The position numbers were made by a program, and so were the translations under genes. Positions 1 through 11,500 of a stretch of 64,000 nt of DNA are shown here, piece after piece (the stretch's first letter is position 1; the number at the start of each line of letters is the position of its first letter). The stretch covers positions 110,362,001 through 110,426,000 of the forward strand of contig NC_045697.1 of the NCBI RefSeq assembly GCF_009834535.1, in the 5' to 3' direction. The stretch is from Camelus ferus (taxonomy: Eukaryota). The notes below the pieces were generated by a model. The model did no database searches, was not told the origin of the DNA, and saw nothing but the letters and a program-made list of their open reading frames with translations.

Positions 1-1460
1 TAAATAGAATTTGCAGATTAAGAGGGTTTTTTGTGTTTTTTGAGGGGGGCTGGAAGGGAAGGAGAACCATGAGTCAGTGAGCAGAAGTTAAAAAAAGAAG
101 AAACAAACAAAAAAAAGATTTCAAAGTAAATGTAAAATGAAAGTGTTTTTAAAAAATTCATCACGTGTAAGAAAATCTTCTAAATTGAGTGATAAAGAAA
201 GTTTGGAAATAAAGGAACAACATGCAAAAAATTAAGGATGGGGAAACAACAATAAAATTTTAAAAGCTATTTAAAAATGTATTTATCATTTCAGGAAAGT
301 CTTCTAAAAAGGTGATAAAGTAATGTTAAAAATAAAATGACCTGTAAAGATATCAGGCAAATGTAAAGAAAAAGAAATTGGGAGTAATGACAATATTAAT
401 ATCTGACAAGGTGGAATTCAATTTTAAAAGGATGAAATAAGTAAAAGAGAGAGATTATGTGATGATAAAAAGTATAGTCCATGGAGAAGTTATAGCAGGC
501 ATAAACTTTCATGTACTAGATAATAAAAGAGTCAATCACATGAAACAAAATTACTAGAACACAAAAAATAACACATATATGCAAAACCATTGAGTGAGAC
601 CTTATTATATACATGCAGACCACACATACAAACGTGTATGTACATGTAAACGTATGTTCATATATACATGCGCACATTTCAAAATGTAATAGATCAATTA
701 CATAAAAGAAAAGACATAGAATATTTAAATATTACCATTGACAAGCTTGGTAATATAAAATTTTGTAACCTATAAATGTAAAAATATACATTCTTCTTTT
801 TGCCTATGAAACGATCACAAACATTAATCATGTACTTGTCCACAAAGAATATCTTATTTCTAAAATGGAGTGAAAGAATTAAACTAAATAGTTTATAAAC
901 CTCTTGGAAATTAATAATTAAAAGATGACTCACCAATTCCACATGAGGTCAGGGTTAAGGAAAAAAAAGATAGCTCACCCTAACCCCCTAAAAAAGTAAC
1001 TAACTGAGAATTAAGAAAGACTTTCCTAAATAGACCCCAGGGCAAACAAAAGAAGTAAAAATTGAAATTAGAATCTTTCTAGACAAAAAGAGAAAAAGTG
1101 AAAGGTAAGAAGGAGACTGCTTCATTCGAAAGCTCTACTTTAAAGCGTGAGCAGAGCGGTGTAAGCTCTGGAGAGAGTTTAGCTATAAAGCCAGAGAATG
1201 TTTTATTCAACAAAATTGCCATGTCACTTCCTCCAGCAAAGAATGCTTTAATAAATGACCACAGTGTAACTGGCTATCAACCCACAAGAAAACAAAAGGA
1301 GACCTTCTTTATAACATATTAAAATGAATTCTAAGTTAACTAAATATTTAAATGTAAAAGAAGAAAACAGTAAAAATATTTAAAGAAACTTTACAAACTC
1401 ATCTGAACAATCAGGGAGTAAGTGAGACATTCATTCATACGGCAGGAAATACTACATAAA
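1..1460 (+). mobile_element. Old, degraded LINE-1 fragments
   Basis: A-rich strand with L1 ORF-like phrases (attaatatctgacaaggtggaatt, gtccacaaagaatatctt); no intact ORF. Confidence 0.5.
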
Positions 1461-1469
1461 TGAGCTCTG

Positions 1470-3110
1470 GCCTAAAGGAACTTACAATCTAGTGCCGTAA
1501 TAACATAGACAAAATTGTTTTTTTAGTTAGGGACTGATTGTGCTATTTTTGAGATATGAACAAGAATTCCGAGGGCCCAGGGAACAGTTCCTGGTCCCAT
1601 GTTCTGTAGTGGGCTTTAAGGGAGGGTTCCCAGAAGGAACATTAATTACTGAGCTACATTTTCAGGGATGAAGGCGAGGCTTCCTGGCAGCTTGGGAAAG
1701 ACACGGAGTCATTATAGAAACTGGTTTTCCAGTACCGTTGAGAAGTGCACTGTAACTGAAGTGTAATGTGAATGATTGTAGAGGCTGAAAAGAGATCAAT
1801 TGGTGAAGCAGCTTGTTATACAAAGATAAGAAGTGTTAACTCAACCTAAAGATAAGACCTTAAGCAGGAGAAAGATGTGACCTATTTTTTTAAAGGTAAC
1901 TTTGTGGAGAATGAATGAGTAAAACAATAGTGGTAAAGCGAGAGGTTAAGAGACTGTTAAACAGCCCAAATGAGAAAAGAGTAACACAAGATAGCATCAG
2001 AGGACAAAAGTGTTGGAAGAATGGCCATTTTTAGGGTAGAATATGTTTTGGGAGTAGATTGGATGATGAAATTGAAGGAAAAGTGGAAGCTGAGAAGGAG
2101 CCTGAGTTTTCTAGATTAGGAAATACAGCCTCTGACCAGGGTGAGAAACAGAGAAGACACAACAGATTTGATGGGAAGCTAGTTAGTTCATCTTAGATTA
2201 ATGAGAGATATCTACCTGGATGTGATCAGTAGGAGTTGAAAATGTGGATCTGAAGGTCAGGGCTGAAGTTTTCGATTAGGCTCGTTTTCATCAGCCTGTT
2301 GATGGAAACTGGAGCTGTGGAGATCATCGAATCATCCAAGAAGAAAGCACACTCACTTGCAGAGAGAGAGAAGATGGCTTGGCTATAACTGCTAACCGCT
2401 TCCCTCAACCTCAACCCTCCCTCTCCTTCTCGTTAACAGAACCCTAATTTTCATTAGGATAGCCTTGTGTCTAAGTGGAAGGCAAGGCGTCCCGTGCCTC
2501 CTGCAGCAAGGTCTGTCTGTGTGGCTTATGAGACATAGTGGAAGTGGCACATGGAACATCCAGGAAAGTTCCTTAAAAGGGACAAGTATGTCTTTCTCTT
2601 CTGTCTCTCTTTTCAAATTGCCCAGGATGTTTGGGCTGTGATGTAAACTTGAGGGTGGAAGCTATTGCTTAAGACATTGGCTTCCTAAAGACACCATGGG
2701 GACATATTCCTGTGGGGTTTTCTGTCTTATTTAAGCCACATGTGTCAAATCTAATCCCAACTAATAAAAATGAGTCCTAATGTCATTGTAATGAGAAACT
2801 CCTACATTCAAGGAGTGGTCAGAGAAGGAAGTGCCGCTTACAAAGACTGAGAAAGGTGAGACAGGTGGGTGTGGGATACCAGAAACCCAGAGAAAAATAC
2901 CTCTTGAAGAGGTAAATGGAGACAACGTAAGTTTTTGCAAGAGGTCAGGCAACAGGGGGCTCGAATAAAGGACCTTGAATTCATAGCTCCAAAGCTCCTG
3001 CTGACTCTAAGAGAACAATTTCAAGAGAGTGGTAACCAAGTGAAAGATGAGTTAAGGTGGGCTTCCATGTGGATGAAAGTCAGAGAGGCTGAACTAATAC
3101 TTAATTGCTG
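1470..3110 (-). mobile_element. LINE-2 fragments interrupted by a probable MaLR (MLT1-like) LTR remnant at ~2390-2765
   Basis: L2-like phrases (aaggaacttacaatctagt, ggagcctgagttttctag, ggagtggtcagagaaggaag); family call from memory. Confidence 0.5.
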
Positions 3111-3240
3111 GAATAAGGGAAATAGGGCAACAGATTAAAGATACGATAAAGTAGAAAAGAGACATTTGGTGTCTCGTCTTGCAACCAAACTGTGTTTCCA
3201 ATTATGATGCTGCTAATATTGACTATTGTTGAATGTAATT

Positions 3241-3909
3241 TGGTGCTGCCACTATGGAAAACAGTAAGGAGAGCCCTTAAAAAACTAAAATTAGAGTTGC
3301 CATATAAGCCAGCAGTTCCACTCCTGGGCATGCATCTGGAGAAAACTCTAATTTGGAAAGATACATGCACCCCAATGTTCATGGTAGCACTATTTACAAT
3401 AGCCAAGACGTGGAAGCAACCTAAATATCCACCTACAGATGACTGAATAAAGATGTGCTTTTATATATATATATATTACTCAGTCATAAAAAAGAATGAA
3501 ATAGTGCCATTTGCAGCAACATGGATGGACCTAGAGATTGTCATAATAAGTGGAGTTAGACAGAGAAAAACAAATACCATGTGATATCATTTATATGTGG
3601 AATCTGAAAAAATGAGACAAACGAACTCATTTATAAAACAGAAACAGACACATAGACATAGAAAACAAACTGATGGTTACCAAAGGGGAAAGAGTGGTGG
3701 GAAGGGATAAATTAGGAGTTTGGGATTAGCAGATACAAACTACTGTATATAAAACAGATAAGCAAGGTCCTATGCTATAGAACAGGGAACTATATTCAAT
3801 ATCTTGTAATAACCTATAATGAAAAAGAATCTGAAAAGGTAGATATATATGTGTGTATAAATATATGTATGTACATACATGTGTGTATATATATGTGTGT
3901 GTGTGTATA

Positions 3910-3971
<62 letters not shown>

Positions 3972-4050
3972 TATATAACTGAATCGCTTGGCTGTACACC
4001 TGAAACTAACACATCATTGTAAATCAACCATACTTCAATAAAAAATAATA
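3241..4050 (+). mobile_element. 5'-truncated LINE-1 3' end with an internal (TG)n/(TA)n microsatellite at 3841-3978
   Basis: ORF2 C-terminus-like translation (PLWKTV...LLGMHLEK...KTWKQPK), L1 3'UTR, aataaaa tail. Confidence 0.9.
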
Positions 4051-4624
4051 AAGAGCACTAGAGGCAAAACAGAACAAAACAAAATGCTGTGGGAGTTTTT
4101 TAATTAATGTGTAAATTCAGTGTTTTGGGAAAATTTGTAAATATTTAAAAGATTTTAAATACTTTTTTCCATGTATGTTTGAAAGCAATTGGTTAGATTC
4201 TGGAGGAAAATTAAATGTGTATTATGGTCTTCATTAGAAGATTTAAAAATTGATTTCTATTTCTGTTAGGAAAGAACACTTCTCCTGCCTTGCTCGATTC
4301 ACTTCGTAACAGAAGAGGTGAAGGCAGTAATTTGTAAATTCCTATACAAAGGCCAGCCGATGTTCAATTCAGTGACATGTAACTTAAGATATTGGTTTAA
4401 GACTAATCAAGCAGAATGGATAAAATTATTTTTTTACTTGATAATGACCCTATGACTTTAGGTGGTGTGGGCAATGGAGAAGCTCTCAAAACGACATTCT
4501 TAAGTACTGTAGAGAGGACCCTCTGACCGACTCCCTCTTCCAATGTAATGAATGCCCCTTGGTGTATTTTAATAGAAATTTCAAAACCCACAGAGTGATT
4601 TTAAAGATGAAAAACTCACATGAC

Positions 4625-4630
4625 TTTATT
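4625..4630 (-). terminator. FGA: Candidate polyA signal AATAAA of the alpha-E mRNA
   Basis: tttatt ~175 nt downstream of the exon 6 stop. Confidence 0.55.
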
Positions 4631-4804
4631 GTTTTAAGCACTAGTATGTCTCAGTTACATTTAGCTACAGTACAAAGAATAATAAAATAGCACCTGGGCA
4701 TTTTTTAGTAGGTTGTAAAGAATCTCAACTCCTATCTTGTCCTTATTTTCCCCTCACTTCACTAAACAAAGAAAACAGAACGCTCTCACTTCCACTCCTT
4801 CAGC

Positions 4805-5514
4805 CTATTGCGTCACCAGTGGCCGGAGTTTCATGCGAACGGCCCTGAGGGAATAATCCTCACCTCTGAAGGGCACCCAGACCACCCCATTCTCAATCTC
4901 ATAGGGACTGTTGTTTCTGGGGTCATAGGAGCCCCCATGGTAGTAGATGCCATTGAGATTGGCCGCTTGGCAGTTGTTGTACCACCAGCCTCCTCCGTAG
5001 ACTTCCGCACAGTTCTCTTCCCACTTGTCTGCGTCCCTGTCGAAGGTGCTGAACTGCATGTGGGCGTGAGACGTGTACTCTGTCCCTTCCTCTACCGAGC
5101 CCTCAATCAGAGCATCACCTGCTGTGCCCTCATAGGAGGAGACCTGCAAGGCATAGCCTTCTGCCTCAGAGCCTACCCTCAAGTGATACTCTGCATAAGC
5201 CGTGTTCCCAGCCCAGTCTTCCAATTCAACCCGAAGGGTGGAGCCCTTCAGGGTTAATAAGTGGAGGTATTCGTTGCCTAGCCAGAATTCTCCTTCTCCC
5301 TTGTCATTCAGGCTGCCGAAACCTCTCTTGTAGTCTTGCCAGGTCCGGTTAAAATTCAATGATCCATCCATTCTTTGCTGGATCAAAAGCCATCCTCCCA
5401 AACCGGTCTCTTGATCGCAATAAACAGAAAAAATCTTACTGGATCCCGGTAGCTGGATATTGAAAATGCCACTTTGGGCACCTGAAGGATGTGTTTGAAG
5501 GACATCATCACAGT
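4805..5514 (-). CDS. FGA: FGA exon 6, alpha-E (fibrinogen-420) C-terminal fibrinogen-related domain, 236 aa
   Basis: Poly-T + AG acceptor at 5516-5515; [12 protein letters not shown]...[15 protein letters not shown]...RPLVTQ*; phase matches the donor at 6268. Confidence 0.96.
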
Positions 5515-8500
5515 CTAAAAAAAAAATTAAGCTGGTTGGAGGAAGTTACTCTCATTTAACTTTATAAAGTTAGGCATGGCCCAGATTAAATGAAGGCAGA
5601 TATTGGCTTTCTTTCCCTTCCTTCCTCCCTTCCTTCCTTCCTTCCTTCCTGCCTTCCTGCCTTCCTAGCTTCCTGCCTTCCTGTCTTCCTTCTCTTTATA
5701 GAGAAAGGATGCAGTTATACCAGGATGGAACTTAACACAAGTCAGTAGCATTTATACCTACAAATTGCAAGGGGGATTTTTCTCAATGAATTTGGAATTT
5801 TACTTGCACATACCAATTAATAGCAAGTAACCAGCAAAGATCGCTAAGCAACATTTGGTACTAATATCACTTGTTTTTAACCTGATCTCAATGTCAACTG
5901 AGACACACACTAAAAGTAATGATTAACCAATTGGGTGACAATTTCCAGCAGTGCACATTTTGAATGGTAAAAAAATCTGGTCAAAATAAACTTACAATTG
6001 AGTTCCAGAGGGACCATTTGTTTGTTCATTTAACACGTATTTATTGTGTGTTGGCTCCGCACTGCTAGGCACTTGGGAATACAGAGACGAGCGGGATACA
6101 CAAAGTCCTTGCCCCCATGGAACTTACAGTCTCACACAAAACATGTAATTTCAATAAAGTGTGATAAAGGGCTATGGAAGAAGTGCAAGGTGCTACAGGT
6201 GCACACTGCAGTAGTGGACTTAATCTAGGGGGTCAGGGAAGGCTTCCCCAAAGGAGAAGTGTGGATACCTCTGCCAAAGCGAGGTTTAGCAAGGACTCTC
6301 TTGCTGGCGTGTGCTCCTTTGAAGTCAAGATCCTCTTCACTTTCTGCCTCATCTACCATTTTAAAGCTCTTGCTTTCAGTTGTGGAGCCTCCTCTGTTGA
6401 TAGTCATGCTACTGGTAACGAATTGTTTGCGACTTGAAGTTTTACCACTGGAGGACGAGTCAGGTACACCAGGGTGGTGAGAGCTGGTGTCTCCTAAGCC
6501 TGAAGTGGCAAATTCTGAGCCTATCTTACTGCCCATCTCTTTTAACACAGGGCTGAAGAAATCCGGGAACGTATCTCTAGTTGAGGCCGCTTCATCAGTG
6601 CGCCTATGAAAGAACTCATCTAGGCTACCCCTGCTAGGAAAAGCATGGTGCAAGTCTAAACTTGTGTCACCACAGTCAGAACCGTCTTCGGAGTTTATCA
6701 CTTCTTTGACGGTTTCTGTGCGACCATCGGCGTTTGTAACAGTCTTTGTAACGATTCTGGAACATGAACGGCGAGTGGTGGTTGTGTGACCAGAGGCGAC
6801 CTTCTCATTACTAATCAGAAGCTCTTTATCTCCTTTAGAAGTGACCAGTTTACCTGTGTGGAATTCTTTCTTTGTCCCTGGACTTACACTTCCTGACACC
6901 TCTTTAAATGTGCCCCAGTCTGGGTTGAAAGGCTTGGTGTGCCCATGTCCTGAGCTATCTGGCCTAAAACTAGGAGACCCAGAACTTCCATGGGTCCAAG
7001 CGCCGGCACTTCCGGGCTGAGGACTTCCATGGGTCCAAGCGCCGGCACTTCCGGGCTCAGGACTTCCATGGGTCCAAGCGCCGGCACTTCCGGGCTGAGG
7101 ACTTCCATGGGTCCAAGCGCCGGCACTTCCGGGCTCAGGACTTCCATGGGTCCAAGCGCCGGCACTTCCGGGCTCAGGACTTCCATGGGTCCAAGCGCCG
7201 GCACTTCCGGGCTCAGGACTTCCATGGGTCCAAGCGCCGGCACTTCCGGGTCCATAGCTCCCAGGGCTCACACTTCCAGCACTGCCAGTTCCAGGCTTCC
7301 TGGGGCTTTCTGGTACTGATCCTGCTCCATGAGGTACAGAGTCCCCTCTGGCATGCCCAGCTCCACCAGACCTCTCTAACACCATTTTTAGCTGCCGTGT
7401 TTCCATTAGTGCCTTCCACTCTGGAGGGGCCTCCTGAAGTTGGCTCTTGAAATTTCCAGGAATCAAGTTTGGAACTGGGTTCATTTTTATCAGTGGTAAG
7501 TATTGCCTGTCTCTAGAGGGAAGTAAGTTTATGCCAATAACCTGTTCGAGTTGCTTCTGCTGATCTTCATAGTCCTTCAGATCTACCTTATGTTCTAAAA
7601 CCCTACTGCATGACCCTTTGCAAGATCGGATCTTAATATCAATGTCCACCTAGAGAGAGGGGGAGAGAGATAAAGAAAAAAAAATGGTAGCTATAAATAA
7701 GTAAACTCTGTCTATTGAGTTCTTAGGAGTTCGCTTATTTTGGGGGAACCAGTTTCATTTCTTTGACTTGGAGACCTATTAACCCATACTGCATTTTCCA
7801 TTAATGTGGTATCTTCAGTGGAAGAGATGTTGGGTACTGTAAGGCTAGCCAGGATAAGTAGTGGGAGCTACTAGGATTTATCCTAGGCTAGATCAAGAGT
7901 AAGGTGGCCTTCCCTCTGAAAAGAAACACTAATGACAGGATCCTCAGTAAGACTGAGGCTGAAGACTCAGAGGCACCTCAATGTCAGGGTCAAGCAAGGC
8001 TGGAATAAGACAAGAGGAACTGAATATTTGCTTATGAAATTTCCTATCTTATGTGCCCTTGGGAAATTGACTGAGTATCTCTGAGCTTTCTTCTTCATCC
8101 ACAGAGTCGGGGAAATAATACCTACTTTGTAGGTAGATGATAGCTGTAACACTTTGCTCTACCCATAGGAGGCATTTAATGAATGACTATTGCCTTCCTT
8201 TATCTGCTGTTCAAAACCAAGAAAATCTGTGGTGAGAGCCTCCAAGTTACTTACCTCCAGTCGTTTCATATCTATCAGCTGATCCCTGACATTTTTCTGT
8301 AGAAGGTGGATATGCTGTACTTGTTCTATGACTTTGCGCTTCAGGATCTCAATTTTGCTTCTCAGATCTTCTGACACTTGTCTGTACGTATTATCATTGT
8401 CTGAAATAGCACATAAGGATGTTGAAGTTGCTGTTGAGTGATCCTTTGCAATAGCCAGCAAAAGAAAGAAATTTACTGGTAGATATTCCCCATTTTACTT

Positions 8501-11500
8501 CTATAATAATTTGTTCTCTGAACTTTTAATTTGTGAGTTCCAAATCTCTTAGGCATTTGATACTTGGCCAATGTTATATCCTGCAGTCATTCATGAATAC
8601 CAATTAAGATTGCCCTCCTAACAATTAGTAATCCAAATAAATGCAGAAGTGTCTTTCAAATTTTAAAGGTTTGATTAGGAGATAAGACAATTACTTTGAT
8701 CACATTCCAATTATTCCATTATAGCCTTAATCAGGGGACGTGAATATATTCTTAGATTGTCTTACTGAGAAGGTTTTCTTCCCAGCTCTAGAGCTGAAAT
8801 TGTTCCTGAGCTTTCTTTAGGTCAACAGGATCACTCCCTTGCCAGTTACTCTCGCACCATTAACTTTAGTCAAGTGCCTCCCAAGTATAGAAAGAGTCAA
8901 AGTAAGGATTCAGGAGCTGGGGCTTCACTAAACTTGGTGCCCTGTCCAGGGCAAATCCAGTGTTTCCTAGTCCTAATGAGACTTAGTTCAAAGGATATGA
9001 GAAAAATAATATGGCTCTATATTTTAAATAAATTAAAAAAAAAATCCCTCATAATTAGCTCAGTGGAGTCTCTGAGCTGCACTCCCAGCCCCACCACGTG
9101 ATAGCTCCGTGCCTTTGGGCAAGTCCCTTGCCCTCTCAGTTTCCTCCTCTCTAAGACACAAACAAAAATGTCTGCTTAAAAGGCTGGGCCCATCTTATTT
9201 TCACTATCTATTCTTAAGAACACACTTAAATTCTAGTCTTTAACCCAAAATTCTGACTTACTTTGTGACCTTAAACCAATTCTAAGCTACCTTCTTGCAC
9301 CTGGTGAAAATGACAAAACCGTCTCTAAAGTTCAGGAATGTCATAAAGGTGTGTGTTTCTACACGAAGTGCTCTGGAATGGGGTCACTGCTGCTCTACAG
9401 AGACATCGTATTTGTTTCTGCTTTTTGTTGTTGCCGTTTGCCATGCGCTATGAAGTCAAGGCACCCACTGCGCGACTTACTGTTGTCTTTGGCGAAATCG
9501 CCTCTCAGAAGGTCCATGATGTCCCGGGTCAGTGTGTTAGCGTCCTTATTGTTCTTCTGATAATCAAAGAGTGAGTTTTTCAGTTTGTTTATTCTGTTTG
9601 TAAAATCTTGATTGACTTCATCAATCAGCCCCTTCATCCTGCAGCCGGAAGGACATTTGGAGTTCTGAAAGCAAAAAGGAAAGATTATGGTAAGGGTCTA
9701 TCTCTTGGATCCAGTACAATTTTGAAGGTTTCCACGCACCCCCTACTGCCCTCCTCCCCAGTCTCTTCAGATCATCTCTTGACCTAAAAATCATTTAAGA
9801 GGGCTAGTCAGAGTTGATAGAGAAACTCTGGAATGAGGGTATTTAGGCCCCATGAAATCCTGAGGCCATGATACTCAGGTTCCTAGGACTGGCCAGAACA
9901 AGCAAGTAAATCTGATCTGTTCATCCCACCAGTGACCCAGAGTCCGAGAGGTAATTTACGTAGTGCTCTCAAGACTAGGTTCCTTCCCATTTGTCTTCTT
10001 TAATTTGATGCATGTGGAGCTATGAGATGATTTCTCAGTGGACGAGTTTTCTGTGACCTAGGGGGTTAGCCTGCGTGCGCTGCCAGCAGCACAGGCGAGG
10101 ATTGCCCCCTCCCCATGCCAGCTGCTCACCCAGTCTTCATCAGAACAGAAGGGCCAGTCCGTCTCTTTGCAGACAGATTGGGGTCTTTCCACGAGTCTTG
10201 GGCCACGCACACCTCCTCCTTCAGCCAGAAATTCACCTTCATCAGCATCAGGATCTGTAGTCTTTAAGGATTCATAAATACACACAAAAAGAAAGCGTCT
10301 GTAAGCAGGTGAGGAGAATGGCCTGCCTGTAAACCTACAGCAAGGGACCCAAGGTGCTCTGCAAGCTTCAGCTTTCTTAGCTTTGGAATGAAAATCCTAA
10401 TGCCCATTTTGTGGAGTTGTGAGATTAAAGGAGATGGGTGTACGAATTTCTTAACTATGTCCGACACTAAACAAGCATTTAATAAATGTGAGGAATTTTA
10501 AAGGATCCATTATAAAAGGAAAATTATTTGAATCCAGAAAGTTAAAATTTATGTTTATATTTTCGTTCATGTCTGGAGATAAATCATTAAAAAACTCAGA
10601 GTTCTTTCTCCTCTAATTCCTGTTTCAGTAGAAAAAAATCCTGCAGCATCTTAGCTTAAGCTCTATCAGTCCTTCAAGGAGCAATACCTTTTACTAGGAA
10701 TTTTATGGGCTCATAAATTGAGCCGGTTTACACTTAGGACACAAATGTGGCCAATTCAGACTCAGAAATGCTTTTTGGGTTACTCACTCCAGTAATAATT
10801 TCTTTCTACTTGAAATGAAAAAAAGTACACTGAAAGCAAATATAATGGTTTATAATTGACAACTTTTTTTTGAACACCTTATAATTAGAAACACAGATTA
10901 AAAAAAATCTATTTTGATCTTTGAGTGAAGTAGGATATATAAATATTCTTCCAACAAGGCTTTATATCCTAATAAATCAATGTGGCTTTTAGGTTTTAGC
11001 TCTGTTTATTTTGTACCACCAATTTATAAGAATTACTATGACTATTTTAATCTCAGTGTACTCTTATAATCAGTTAACATTTTCTGTCTCATTTAAAAAA
11101 ATACCCAAAAAATAGTAATATTAATTTAAGCAATCAAGAACAATTTATTTAAAGGAACAAATATAATTTTTTTGTATAAGAAATAAAATTATAAATTTGA
11201 ATATTGGAATAAAATGGCACAATAAGATAAACAGGCAAAAATTAAATATTTATGCCAATAGGGAGAAATAAGTGAAACTTACACATTATGCAAAATATCA
11301 CTGTAGCAAATTATGTTAGTTTTATCTCCCATAAAAATGTTTACTTATTATTTCCTATAAGGGAGAAAATTACTTTAGAAACACTTTAGTTTCTCCTGCT
11401 CTGGTATTAGGGTTTATAAGTGGTAAATGGAAAAAAGTAAACTGGAATAATTCACAGCCTGGAAGTAACTGAGTTTCTGGAACATATTTATCATGTTTTT

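Noticed and set aside
3101..4027. ORFs such as MAIVNSATMNIGVH and YIYIYI runs (similar ones at 15384-16125 and 19372-19557)
   Set aside because: LINE-1 remnants and dinucleotide microsatellite translations
4808..5257. 149-aa + strand ORF
   Set aside because: Antisense shadow of FGA exon 6; no recognisable protein features
6984..7250. Regular direct repeats superficially like a CRISPR array
   Set aside because: No spacers, eukaryotic context, and in frame within FGA
6884..7319. Repetitive ORFs in other frames ([26 protein letters not shown])
   Set aside because: By-products of a stop-free 39-bp repeat unit in FGA exon 5
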